From Nemertoderma westbladi (Eukaryota; Animalia; Xenacoelomorpha): 43,929 nt of DNA. Below the pieces are notes generated by a model, which was not told where the DNA came from, did no database searches, and was given only the letters and a program-made list of their open reading frames with translations. The translations under genes and the position numbers were made by a program. Positions within the stretch are counted from its first letter, which is position 1; each line of letters starts with the position of its first letter. The DNA lies in NCBI GenBank assembly GCA_032718475.1, contig JAUCBJ010004820.1, forward strand, positions 1 to 43,929, read 5' to 3'. Of this stretch, positions 23,476-35,747 are shown one piece after another.

Positions 23476-24366
23476 TTAAATTGTACCACTTATCCCACTA
23501 ATTTCAGCAGACTTTGCGTAAAGAACACCAAACACATGATACTCTAAGTTAATAACGAGCTGATCTTCGCAGACACTGCGATCTCGCATGGCTTGGTAGA
23601 TGGTCGATTCCATTCGGTCCAAAAGATCCGGAATGTCTCCGGATTTTATGAAAGCAGCCCAAGCAGTAGTTGCTTGGAACATAATGCGAAGATCGGAAAT
23701 GTTGAAAGGGCGAGTGTAAACTTGGTCGAATTTCGTAGATTCTTCATACAGACTCGGTAGGTTTCTATACCGTTCTAATAAATGTTTATTTTTATTAGTA
23801 ATTACAGATGTACCGCTTCTCTCAGAGTGTATGTGATGCATAGATTTCATTGTTTCTTTAACTTCCTCATTAATTATTTCAGAAAGTTCTGGCATTTTTT
23901 CGACAACAACTCTTGTGTCGGATAGCAATGGCATTCCCACAACTGCCAACACACCGCCATGTCTCAACAAGCGATCAGCTTCCTTGTAGAATTCATCAAC
24001 ATTGAACCAGTGGACTGATGTACCACAGAATATTACATCAATGCTTTCATCCTGTAGAGGAATAGTTTCCGCGGGGGATTCAAAATAGGATACATTGTCA
24101 GTAGAATTTACTTTCTTAGCGTGAGCGATTTGTTCCGAACTGATGTCGCACCCAAGTACCTCTTCGAAATGCGGTGCCAATCGTTTAGTGAAGTTCCCGT
24201 TTCCACAGCCGACGTCCAAAGCAACATGCCATGGTGCCTCCTTGCGCTCCGATACATACTTCAGTATATTACGCAGTACTTCCTCGGGGTAATCCGAGCG
24301 AATATTGTTGTAGGCAGCAACCAGTTTCCCGTCCGCATAAATGCTCTTGACTTCATCTTTCGACAT
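23476..24366 (-). CDS. Class I SAM-dependent methyltransferase (Methyltransf_11 / trans-aconitate methyltransferase-like), single exon
   Basis: Intact 296-aa ORF: Y..IRSDYP, motif I VALDVGCGNG, GCDISSEQI, AETIPLQDESID, SVHWF, RLLRHGGVLA. Confidence 0.9.
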   Translation of the reverse strand: MSKDEVKSIYADGKLVAAYNNIRSDYPEEVLRNILKYVSERKEAPWHVALDVGCGNGNFTKRLAPHFEEVLGCDISSEQIAHAKKVNSTDNVSYFESPAETIPLQDESIDVIFCGTSVHWFNVDEFYKEADRLLRHGGVLAVVGMPLLSDTRVVVEKMPELSEIINEEVKETMKSMHHIHSERSGTSVITNKNKHLLERYRNLPSLYEESTKFDQVYTRPFNISDLRIMFQATTAWAAFIKSGDIPDLLDRMESTIYQAMRDRSVCEDQLVINLEYHVFGVLYAKSAEISGISGTI

Positions 24367-25333
24367 ATTTGTTAGAATTTTGTACCAATATTAATATATT
24401 TCTCAACCTACGTACTCTCTGTCCACAGAAGACTGAATAGGAGAGGTGAGGGGGGGGGGGGGTGGTGGGGGTGGGTATAGTCATAAGTATATAATTGCGT
24501 GCGATTATAATAATTAGATAACAAGAGGCTTTAGATCAAAAAGTACCACCCGGGTGTTACTTTTTGATAACTTCTTGTTGCCATGGTAAACACTAGATAG
24601 TCATACTAAGTAAGTTCCAAAATATTTCCAAAAAAAAGTTTCAAAAAAGTAAAGTTCTGAGTCGGGAAAACACTATGTTGCATGTTGCAATCAATAAGAA
24701 TACCGAGGTTGGGCCTTTTAATAGGACGATGTACGAACGCTAGATGTATATAATACAAATAACTATTTACAGTAGTAGAGCTTGTTCGGTAACTAAATAG
24801 TCCTGAATCCATCACACAATTGAGAGTTCTCATAATGCTGTCGAACTCGAAAATGGAAACAGGAGTTAGCTACAGAGTAATAGGATAATACGATATGATG
24901 CTAGGATTACACCCAATACGTTTTGAATTTCCCGCCAGAACTTCAAGCTGTTGCTTTATAAACTTATTTCCATTACACTGGACAATATAATTAATAAAAT
25001 TAATTATTATTTGTACAGTTATCGTACTTATAGGTTACGTCTGACAATATAATCTGCAGTAGTATTTCCCGAACAAGTCATCCACAGATAAACTATTAAC
25101 TTCCACTTTACTGTACTGAATTTATTTCCAAATTCAAAACAGGCAGTCATCCGCCATTGAGAGTAATTGACCATGCACTAATCAAAATAATATACTAAAT
25201 AGTTGAAAGACCCCGCAGAGACAATTATTATTAATTGGCCTAATTATCTTATGACTACGGAGGCTGATCTTTGCCAATTAATTTATTTTTTTTTATTTTT
25301 TTTTTCAGAAGTTCTCCATGACGTCATAATTTA

Positions 25334-25462
25334 TGGTCGACCATAAATTAATTTTTGGTCGACCATAAATTAATTTTTGGTCGACCATAAATTAATTTTT
25401 GGTCGACCATAAATTAATTTTTGGTCGACCATAAATTATTTTTTGGTCGACCATAAATTAAT
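25334..25462. repeat. 22-bp tandem repeat x6 with 10-bp palindrome tggtcgacca
   Basis: Unit tggtcgaccataaattaatttt at 25334, 25356, 25378, 25400, 25422, 25444. Confidence 0.95.
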
Positions 25463-25539
25463 ACAATAAAAAAATTAAATTAATAATTTAATAATTAATA
25501 CAAAACTGCCCTATAAATGAGTTCCAGGTAAATACTGCA

Positions 25540-26689
25540 TTGACCGACATAACTTGGAAGGTATCAGATGACGATTTACAATACATTCTCAACAATGTGG
25601 CTATTCGTTATGATTACAATAAAGAGGATATTGTATACCGGTACATATATTGTACGATTAGAAGACAAAAGTTGCTAGATGACTTGCTAGTGCATCTACA
25701 AACATTTGATCCAAACCAACAATTCAAAGTAATATTTGTTAATGAGCCTGGAGCTGATGAAGCTGGATTGAGGAGGGATTTATTAGGTTCAACATTAAAA
25801 GCCCGTCAAAATAGCTCTATGTTTGATACTATAGATGGCTTCTTAGTTCCTTCAATTGCAAACATGGTAAATATTTACAATGGAAGAATGTCTTCTCTTG
25901 CTAAATTATTCGCCATGATCCTCCTTCATGGTGAAGGCTTTGTGGGAATTGTCCACCCTGTAGTTGTATGGTTTATTGCATATGGTGAACGGGTTCCCAT
26001 GTCGGTACTAGCCCATCAATTCAATATCAGCATTTCTCTCAACTGGAACAATTAGCGAGATAGTTGAAGAGCAGAGTTTGGACCTCAGTCTCATCCCCCC
26101 GTGGAAACGTCGTTGCCTGAAATTAAGAATAAATTCATGGGTAATTTTATTAATGCCCAACTCGTGGATTCACGGAAGGCGGCAGTTGATATATGTACTT
26201 CAATCCGAGCTCATTCGGTATCTCCCTAGAGTCAGGAAAGACATATTGTTCAAATTTCTGTGCATAACGCCTAAATTACGGTTAGCAGATATGGTTGACA
26301 AAGTCATTGTTATGAATTGAATAGGTCTCCTGAAGGGTCAAACACTCGTGACAAGGAAGATGACATACTTTTTTTGGAAATTTTGTCGATCGCTTGGAAA
26401 ATTCATCATTTTTAAGCGTTACTAGTTGTGATGCTGACGAAATGTTAACATTAAATATAGACGATTTCAAGATGTGGATGTTTGGTACCTATGCCGCCCC
26501 ATAGTGATACATCCATTAACTTCTATATTTAAATCTACCTGCGAAGATAATAACTGCAGTTGTCGTATTAAATTCAGTACATGTGCCTTCCAGGTGACAA
26601 TTCCTTATCATATTTATTGCCAAGAGGATATGGATAAGATTTTGATTAGAAGTGTTGTGGAATCTGGACTCGCATTCAATATAATATAG
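25540..26689 (+). pseudogene. G2E3-like HECT-domain E3 ubiquitin ligase, frameshifted
   Basis: FKVIFVNEPGADEAGLRRDLL (HECT N-lobe F.GE.G.D.GG..RE), SPEGSNTRDKE, LNIDDFKMWMFGT, C-terminal IKFSTCAFQVTIP with catalytic-type Cys; spread over several frames. Confidence 0.7.
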
Positions 26690-27129
26690 TTTTCTAACTA
26701 ACTGCCCCATTTACTATTGTATGACCACATTATAGTATGATACATATTGAATTATTGCTTTTCGCGAAACATTATACCTTACCAATTACATTATATTCTG
26801 AGATTTATGTTTATTAAACATTAAAGTGTCAAAATAGTTATTTCTGTCTATTAAACATGAAATAATTAATTGTTACTAAAATTATTGTTAAATTGTTACT
26901 TTTTGAAAAAACAAGTCTTTTTCTCCATATGGAAAATGACAACCATATTAATCAATGTCCCATATGTTGCATCTGATATTTTTGGAGGAATTTCTTAAAT
27001 ATACTGTATGTTTCACGTTGTTCACGCTCAAAGGCAAAACTGACAACTAATGTGTTAGATGTGTAATGCGTTCCAATTACTTCTGGCTCTGCTGAAGTAA
27101 GTTTCTCAGAGCTAATGTGAAAAACAAAA

Positions 27130-27822
27130 CTACCAACCAAAACCATTGGCAATGATAAATTGGAACCGTTCGAGACATTCATGCCAGTTTAATGGTGATC
27201 GCCATTGATATAACTGTTCAAGATACATACAATACTCAATGTTCTCGCTGATATAGTTTGGGAACTGAATCTCGTTCATTACGGCCGTTCGCATATCCTG
27301 GGAGATTGTTATTCCCAAATCAGTTTGACCACCTCTTGGAGTAGGATTTAAATAATTAAAGTTCGGTTGTCCGGCAATTGTGTCATGTCTTGATTTTCTA
27401 ATATGATGATTGTTCCACATGTTTACAACTTCGTTTAGTTCAGATTGTATCAGTCCAGAAAAACAATACCATATGACGTCACTATGGATGGGGTTAGATG
27501 GATCAAACTCTTCTCTGTAAACAAGATCTTTAAATAAATTTATCCAGAAGTTACTCCATGTCTTGCGGAGTATAGCCCACCATGACTCGATACGTTGGTT
27601 TTTAGGAGAATAAATGTACCGATGCCCGTCGCAGTCTCCGAGAAAGAAGGCTTGGGCTGCAGCTGCAAGGCCATTCTCTGTTCCCCTGTCTGTTTCTAAA
27701 CGTTCAGGACACCCGAATTCCTCAATTGACTTAAGAAATAAATAACAAATAATATTTGGGTTGTTATTACTCCGAAGCACGTTTAGCCAGATAATTTTCC
27801 GAGACCATCCATCTATGTACAG
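27130..27822 (-). pseudogene. IS3/rve-type DDE integrase core, 5'-truncated
   Basis: YIDGWSRKIIWL (first D), GCPERLETDRGTEN (second D), SPKNQRIESWW (E), WNNHHIR. Confidence 0.85.
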
Positions 27823-27946
27823 TCTGATGGTAATATCATATCAGTGAACCCTGTGTTTCTGGAATTATTATAATTTTATTTCGTAAATTTTATTTCATTT
27901 GTTGGAAGAGCATCAAAGTAGAAGGGTTTATGTAGTTAAGCTGTTC

Positions 27947-27982
27947 CCAAGGCTTCCTAAACTATAGTTTAGGAGGCCTTGG
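27947..27982. repeat. 36-bp near-perfect palindrome
   Basis: ccaaggcttcctaaac-tata-gtttaggaggccttgg. Confidence 0.8.
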
Positions 27983-28204
27983 CTGCTCTATTTAAATAAA
28001 TAAATATTCCAGAACATTAAATTATTTAACATGGAGTTAGGCAGCATCAGGAATTGAAGAGTAAAATAATTAATTTTTAATTATAAAATTTTAATTAATA
28101 ATTACAATTATTTAATTAAATTAAAATGATTAAGGGAAAAGAGCATGTTACAGTGGCGGTTTTTCTAACCAAAACAATAAACCATACATTATTTCACTTG
28201 AGCT

Positions 28205-30556
28205 CAGTGGCGTGGTGGAACCCAGTAAGGGGCCCGGGAAATCCCAAAATAAGGGCCCATTCATAAATGCTAGATCACCTCCCTTCATGCACAAAATATT
28301 TTCTATAAAGGGACATTTATAAAGTTTTAAAGAAAGTCTTGGTGACTCTTGGCACTCCAGACAAAGCCCACCAATAATTACCAATAACTCAATGCATTCA
28401 AACCGCAACTATTGGAGACTCTTGAGAAGAGTTGGCCAATAATTGTGCCAAGTTGATAAATTGATATAGAATTTGTAAAAAGTTCTGTAGAATCACGCAA
28501 CTCCTGGGTGGGTGAGTCAGAATTTGTATTTTTACTTTCAACTATTAAAGTACTAGCGTTTAAAAAAGGTCAATATTACACCAGTTACACCATACACCGC
28601 AGTTATTCTTCAACCTTATCTGCTTATAGTAACATTCGTTGTAAAGGGTAAAAATTTACTTTTGAACCCAGAAAACGTTTATAAGCAATAAAATAAAAAT
28701 ATCCAAAAGGTAATGTAATACAACATTGTTGCGCGGGTGTAGCCAACATGTATTTTGAACATTATTATTGTGTGGTATTGTCAAATAATTTACAATAGTT
28801 TTTGAGTTATTCAAAAAAATAAAGTCTCCCCTAAAGTCACGTCTCCCTCACTCTCCCTAGTGAAGGAAAGCTGGAGAAAGGGATTCCAAATATGTAGAAT
28901 TTCGTTTAAAAATGGCCGAGATATTCAATAATTAAGGCGTTCAATTATGTTGCATAGTGTTGCACCTCTACGAGGCTATTTTATTCGATTTAATTTTTAA
29001 AGCTAATTAAGCCATCGGACTGGGAGTGGCGCAATAAAACACGATAAAGTGAATAAATAATAAATTAAATTAAAAGCACCGTCACTTAGAAATACTGAAG
29101 TAGAGTTGATGAATCCGGTGGAGATTCTATTTAATAAATATACCATATTCTAGAACATTTTGTTAATGTATGAATAGCTGCATAATAAAGAGGCACCTTT
29201 TTTAAACGCATTTAGCTAAAAAATGAGAACAAAAATAAAAATTCGTTCTCAGATAAGATTACATCATGTTTATTACATTAGAGTACCTATCTACCTACCT
29301 CTATTTCATGGGAGATGACTGTTATATTGAACTCTGGTGGATGGTCAGCTCAGGTGAAACGAATGCATTCCCAACTGTACATACACAGCACACGTTCGTG
29401 GGGACTTCGCGCAGCACGTAGTCGACAAGCCTTGGCATACGGTTCATATAGAGCAAATGGGGCATGTCTAGTTTGGACCCCATATCCCATGCTATAAATG
29501 TATTCATTCGATATACAATCATATGTTAATCCGCTAGGTGGAGTCAAACTGTTATTCTGCAATTTCGTACTTACCAGTGCAGCACTGTACAGCAGTACCG
29601 TACCGGTAGGCCTATGTCATTACTTCTGAGTCTCTAGCGGATCCCCAATTAAATTTCTTAACTTTTCAATTTCGTAAAAGATAGACTTCATGATTCTCTA
29701 CAGGCCACCAAAATTTCAGCTCAGGAAAATGAGGCCTTCCCGAGAAATTTAACATTTTCTAAAAACCACATAATCTGTCGTAGCTGACGTCAGACTGCAT
29801 GATTTTTCACCAAACTTTACAAACTTTCTAAACTTTCTCTCTACTACTTACCTACTAAGTTTGGTTCAATTCCGAACCAGCGATGCAGAGAAATTCGCGT
29901 TCAAACATTTACCAGACAGACGGACGGACAGACAGACAGACAGACGGACATGCCCCATTTGCCCTATATGAACCGTATGCCAAGGCTCGCCGACTACGTG
30001 TCTCGCCCCACACAGCGTTAGAGGGGAAGAGGGCGCCCCCTACTGTGGTCAATTAGGCTCCCTTTCCGAATAACAACTCAATATTTACAGACTGACTACT
30101 GCTAAAGAAAGACTACAGTAGCCATTATTGCGTAATGAATGAGGCAGGGTATAGAACAGGGTGTAGATGGAGTCTGTCTCCATCGTGAATTCTATCTGGG
30201 CTGGTGGGCTGGCACTAATGAATGTAACTTCAACACAGTTTGCCTTGCCTGACGCCGACTTTTTCAATATAGAATAATACTGGTATGTGCTCCTACCAAC
30301 GTTTACTACAACCCCCCCCCCCCCCTCTCCCTCTCCAGCCCTCTTAGTTTAGTACTGTGCCTGGTAACTGCGACATGGGCCTCCATAGCTATTGTTTTGG
30401 TTTCGTTGCTTATATTTTATTGGAAATATGTAATACCTACTACTATATTTTTTATAACATCAATATAATTTTCTGACACTGAGGGGCCCGGGGGGCCCAG
30501 ATCGTCAACGGGGCCCGGGAATTTTCCCGAATAGATGTATGGCAACCACGCCACTG
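28205..30556. mobile_element. hAT-like non-autonomous DNA transposon
   Basis: 12-bp TIR cagtggcgtggt/accacgccactg; 8-bp TSD cttgagct/catgagct (7/8); gggccc subterminal repeats at both ends. Confidence 0.8.
29390..30015 (-). mobile_element. Nested HINE-like element with inverted duplicated end
   Basis: ~54-bp IR at 29415-29468 and 29947-30000; (GACA/GACG)n microsatellite at 29914-29950. Confidence 0.55.
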
Positions 30557-30939
30557 CATGAGCTTAATGTGCGCCACTCACTATCTGCGATGTGAATGAG
30601 GATAAAGGGGTCGAAAGAAAAAAAAAAGGGGGGGGGGGGATTTTCTCATATGAAGGTAGCTACTGCACTATACAGTATCACCTATAGCACCATGAATCGC
30701 AAAGCCGAACGAACGGCTTTAATTTCTCGTATCCGTCCGCGTAGAACAGCGAGGGGTCCAGCAATATAGGCTAATAAGAACGGCGTTGTAGTTTATGTCG
30801 TCGACGTAAGGCGCTGGCCTCGGGATTAACGCGAGAAAGTAGTAGTTCAACTATCGATCTTGGAACACATACACCTTTCAGTTTCAAATATTGTCACATA
30901 TTTCTGTAGCCCCACGATATTCCCGAACCATTAACTTTA

Positions 30940-31653
30940 TCGATAATAAGTTAATAATTTTCGGACAACTCTTCGATTTATCACTCTCAGCGTTTCAAAA
31001 TTGTTTGATTTTGGCTAAAATTTTGCATATAGGTGCCTAAGATGCTATTCTACATGACAGGTCAGAAATTTTTTTTTTTTCGCTATTTAATATTAGTTAA
31101 TACTAGTTAACAACAAAAAAACTTGGTTGCGCTTAAAACCCTAAGGCTTTTACAGTTTTGAACGTAATCACATGAAAGTTTTTTTATATGATAGATCAAA
31201 GATGGGGCAACATAACTATCAGGCGAAATTTTGTTAAAATAATTCTGCACCGCTAGGTGGCGCTGCAAATTTATGCAAATTTTTAGGTTTTTTATAAATA
31301 GTATTAAATTTTATTAACAAAAAATTTCGAAAAGTTGCCCTGATACTTTTATGCAGGGTGGCTATCTAGACACCCACAGGAAGTTTCAGACTAATTACTC
31401 AAAAATTGTAGAAGTAGTAGGGTTTTGAAGTTGACAATTTCATGAAAAAAATATTTGGAGATAATCGACCTTTCATTATACATAGTAATAGTAATTTCAC
31501 TAGGATTCCGTAAATGGAAATTTACATAACTTGAAAACTAAAAGAGCTATTAAATAGCGGTTTTCAGATTTGGAAACACCATTCAATGGTGCATTATAAT
31601 AGATCATAAAAAAAATTTCGACATATTTTGGACCAAAATGGTGTACCCCCCCC
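30940..31653 (-). mobile_element. Kolobok-like non-autonomous DNA transposon end (same family as 5505-5851)
   Basis: Ends ...ccaaaatggtgta-C run followed by TTAA; left boundary approximate. Confidence 0.6.
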
Positions 31654-32087
31654 TTAACTCCATAGTAAACGTATAAGGCCTGCAAACTACTGCAGTGTCT
31701 AAGTTTAATCCATAATTAAATTATTTACTCCTATTATCAAATAAATAAGTCAACTCCAATTCACTTATTTGTAAATAATCAGAAAGGACATTTCTTGATA
31801 CGATACGAAATGCGATACGAAAAATTCTAAGATATGCAAATGAACAAAGATACTCCGATTAAGGTAAACATAAACGTACTTTCAATTATGGAGATGGATG
31901 GAATATCTACCAGACTACTACTCCACTCCCGAACTACTTTAATCAAAGGTCACGTTCCCACGGTAGTAGTTTTTCAGTTAATCACTCAATATATACAGTA
32001 TATCTAATAATGTCTGACGGCAAGCATCACCATCGCCCTTATTAATATTCATTGGGAAGCATTGACCCCAATTACTGTAAGTAAGGT

Positions 32088-33921
32088 GTCCCCCATTAAT
32101 GTTTGTGCCCCTCATAAATGTTTGTGTCCCTCATTAATGTATGCGTCCCTCATTAATGTTTGTGTCCCTCATTAATGTTTGTGTCCCTCATTTAATGTTT
32201 GTGTCCCTCATTAATGTTTGTGTCCCTCATTAATGTTTGTGTCCCTCATTAATGTGTGTCCCTCATTAATGTTTGTGTCCCTCACTAATGTTTGTATCCC
32301 TCATTAATATTTGTGTCCCTCATTAAAGTCTGTGTCCCTCATTAATGTTTGTGTCCCTCATTAATGTTTGTGTCCCTCATTAATGTTTTGTGACCCTCAT
32401 TAATGTTTGTGTCCCTCATTAAAGTCTGTGTCCCTCATTAATGTTTGTGTCCCTCATTAATGTTTGTCTCCCTCATTAATGTTTGTGTCCCTCATTAATG
32501 TTTGTGTCCCTCATTAATGTGTGTCCCTCATTAATGTTTGTGTCCCTCATTAATGTTTGTGTCCCTCATTAATGTTTGTGTCCCTCATTAATGTGTGTCC
32601 CTAATTGATGTTTGTGTCCCTCATTAATGTTTGTGTGTCCCTCTTTAATGTTTGTGTCCCTCATTAATGTTTGTGTCCCTCATTAATGTTTGTGTCCCTC
32701 ATTAATGCTTGTGTCACTCATTAATGTTTATGTCCCTCATTAATGTTTGTGTCCCTCATTAATGTTTGTGTCCCTCATTAATGTTTGTGTCCCTCATTAA
32801 TGTTTGTGTCCCTCATTAATGTTTGTGTCCCTCATTAATGTTTGTGTCCCTCATTAATGTTTGTGTCCCTCATTAATGTTTGTGTCCCTCATTAATGTTT
32901 GTCCCTCATTAATGTTTGTGTTCCTCATTAATGTTTGTGTCCCTCATTAATGTTTGTGTCCCTCATTAATGTTTGTGTCCCTCATTAATGTTTATGTCCC
33001 TCATTAATGTTTGTGTCCCTCATTAATGTGTGTCCCTCATTAATGTTTGTGTCCCTCATTAATGTTTGTGTCCCTCATTAATGTTTGTGTCCCTCATTAA
33101 TGTTTGTGTCCCTCATTAATGTGTATCCCTCATTAATGTTTGTGTCCCTCATTAATGTTTGTGTCCCTCATTAATGTTTGTGTCCCTCATTAATGTTTGT
33201 GCCCTTGATTGGTATCTGTCCCTCGTTTAATGTTTGTGTCCCTTATTAATGTTTGTGTACCTCATTAATATTTGTGTCCCTCATTAATGTTTGTGTCCCT
33301 CGTTAATGTTTGTGTCCCTCATTAATGTTTGTGTCCCTCATTAATGTTTGTGTCCCTCATTAATGTTTGTGTTCCTCAGTAATGTTCGGGTCCTTCATTA
33401 ATGTTTGTGTCCCTCATTAATGTTTGTGTCCCTCATTAATTTTTGTGTCCCTCATTAATGTTTGTGTCACTCATTAATGTTTGTGTCCCTCATTAATGTT
33501 AGTGTCCCTCATTAATGTTTGTGTCCCTCATTAATGTTTGTGTCCCTCATTAATGTGTGTCCCTCATTAATGTTTGTGTCCCTCATTAATGTTTGTGTCC
33601 CTCATTAATGTTTGTGTCCCTCATTAATGTTTGTGTACCTCATTAATGTTTGTGTCCCTCATTAATGTTTGTGTCCCTCATTAATGTTTGTGTACCTCAT
33701 TAATGTTTGTGTCCCTCATTAATGTTTTTGTCCCTCATTAATGTTTGTGTCCCTTATTAATGTTTGTGTCCCTCATTAATGTTTGTGTCCCTCATTAATG
33801 TTTGTGTCCCTCATTAATGTTTGTGTCCCTCATTAATGTTTTGTCCCTCATTAATGTTTGTGTCCCTCATTAATGTTTGTGTCACTCATTAATGTTTGTG
33901 TCGCACATTAATGTTGTGTCC
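32088..33921. repeat. 19-bp minisatellite array, roughly 95 copies
   Basis: Unit cattaatgtttgtgtccct with occasional 17-bp variants; contains palindrome cattaatg. Confidence 0.97.
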
Positions 33922-34126
33922 TGGCCGCTATGGGCTTCCGATATCAGACATGAATTGCAGAAGTGTAAATGATTAATCTTATCAGTTACTTATTCTATTA
34001 AGATATAGCAATGTCTACTTCCGGTGATATACAATACCAACATAGCCCTACTGACAATGGATATACATACAGTAGAAGCACATACCGATACAACACAATA
34101 AACCCTTACGTTTTAGTACATAGAAA

Positions 34127-34463
34127 AACCAGGACAGCTTACTGTAGGTCCACCTACAGTACAAACGAGGACAGCTTACAGTAGGTCCACCTACAGTACA
34201 AACCAGGACAGCTTACTGTAGGTCCCACCTACAGTACAAACCAGGACAGCTTACTGTAGGTCCACCTACAGTACAAACCAGGACAGCTTACTGTAGGTCC
34301 CACCTACAGTACAAACCAGGACAGCTTACTGTAGGTCCCACCTACAGTACAAACCAGGACAGCTTACTGTAGGTCCCACCTACAGTACAAACCAGGACAG
34401 CTTACTGTAGGTCCACCTACAATACAAATCAGGACAGCTTACTGTAGGTCCACCTACAGTACA
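34127..34463. repeat. 37/38-bp tandem repeat x9 with internal hairpin
   Basis: Unit aaccaggacagct-tactgtaggt-cc(c)-acctacagta-ca. Confidence 0.95.
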
Positions 34464-34599
34464 TACCATTACCTCTCATCTCCCTTTTTTCATTAAAAAA
34501 AGGTTTTCTTAACCTACTGTATCGCTCCATCGAAGGATTGATTTTGAATTTTAATTTCTGATTGGGGTTCCACGGGTTGTGACACAGTATGTGGGGTTA

Positions 34600-35620
34600 T
34601 TATTTCAGTGGTATGCTTCTGAGGGCGCAATAATCGACGAATACGCCGCAGAACTTGGCCAGATGGAAACTTGTATTGTAATCACGCTTCTCCCTACGAC
34701 CTAATATCACCCCAACTCTCGACCATCGTTTGGATCTTGGATTTTGTACTAAGACCTTTGTTCCGATATCTAACTCAGGTACATAGGGAACGTCCATTCG
34801 CATAATAACGTAATTTAGCTGCTTTAGATGCCCGCCAAGCTCTTTCAAGAGCATCCGTCGCATCAATCTACCATGCCTCGTCGAAAGCCTTCTAATGCAA
34901 TGGGACACAATGACGAAGGGGGTGGCCAAAACGATCTGACTTGGAGATCGACCATCTCTACCCTGGGGGTATTACGTAATTCTAATAATCCTTTAAGGGA
35001 TGGTTCTGTATCAATCCGTCTATTGTCAGCCTTCGCTACTAATTGCTTGATAACTTAACGGTGACTTCCACATGACCATTGGATTGTGGGTACTAAGCGG
35101 ATGACGGTACCCAATAGTTACCCCAACCGTCTAGAATATCTCTAAATAGCTTTGACGCATACTGAGGGCCCTCATCAGTTCGAATCCGCACAGGAACACC
35201 GGTTTGAACGAAATATTCGCGGATTTTTACGATTAAATAAATCTGATGATACCGATTCGAATATTCGAGTTCGGATCGAATCAGAAATTAAAGGTTCCTT
35301 TACATTACTAGGAAGCCAAAATTGGCATTTTTCACATGGTTCGGTTATTTGTTTTATATCATTATCGATTCCGGGCCAATATACCGATTGCCTGGCCCGG
35401 CGTCGCATCCGCTCAATACCCTGATGAGCAGAATGGAGGTGAATTATAATGTGCTGACGTTCAGATTTTGGGACAATCGTCCGAGGACCCTTTAGTATAA
35501 TTACATCTTCCACAGACAATTCGTGATTGATTTCAGTTGTTGAACGAACGGGTTTTTTTTATATCCTTGGTTTTAAACAATCTCCCATAATAGCTTTGAT
35601 AATAACTTGATAGTCACCAT
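34600..35620 (-). mobile_element. Ty3/gypsy LTR retrotransposon pol remnant (integrase zinc finger, degraded core, C-terminus)
   Basis: LHSAHQGIERMRRRARQSVYWPGIDNDIKQITEPCEKCQ (H2C2), D(E)GPQY-like core motif, GTKVLVQNPRSKRWSRVG. Confidence 0.85.
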
Positions 35621-35747
35621 CCTTACGTGCACTTGTATTAACTGTTCAATAATGTAATGGCTTCTCCTTTTTTCCATTCCAATGTGAAATTATATCCGGA
35701 TAATTTATTTTAATGTTTTAGAGACGTATATTGTCAACCATGTCTAG

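Larger units (their letters stand above)
25256..27822. mobile_element. IS3EU-like DNA transposon remnant (one terminus, HECT-like gene, convergent DDE integrase)
   Basis: TACGG candidate terminus at 25256, subterminal palindromic array, two convergent decayed genes; second terminus not found. Confidence 0.55.

Noticed and set aside
25334-25462. CRISPR-like array
   Set aside because: Intervening 12-mers are near-identical, not spacers
28260-28560. hAT transposase remnant inside the 28205-30556 element
   Set aside because: No recognisable transposase motif in the frames I checked
30781-30865. tRNA or tRNA-derived SINE head
   Set aside because: Only weak A/B-box resemblance and no cloverleaf
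34127-34463. CRISPR array (37-bp palindromic repeats)
   Set aside because: Units are contiguous with no unique spacers, no cas genes, eukaryotic context
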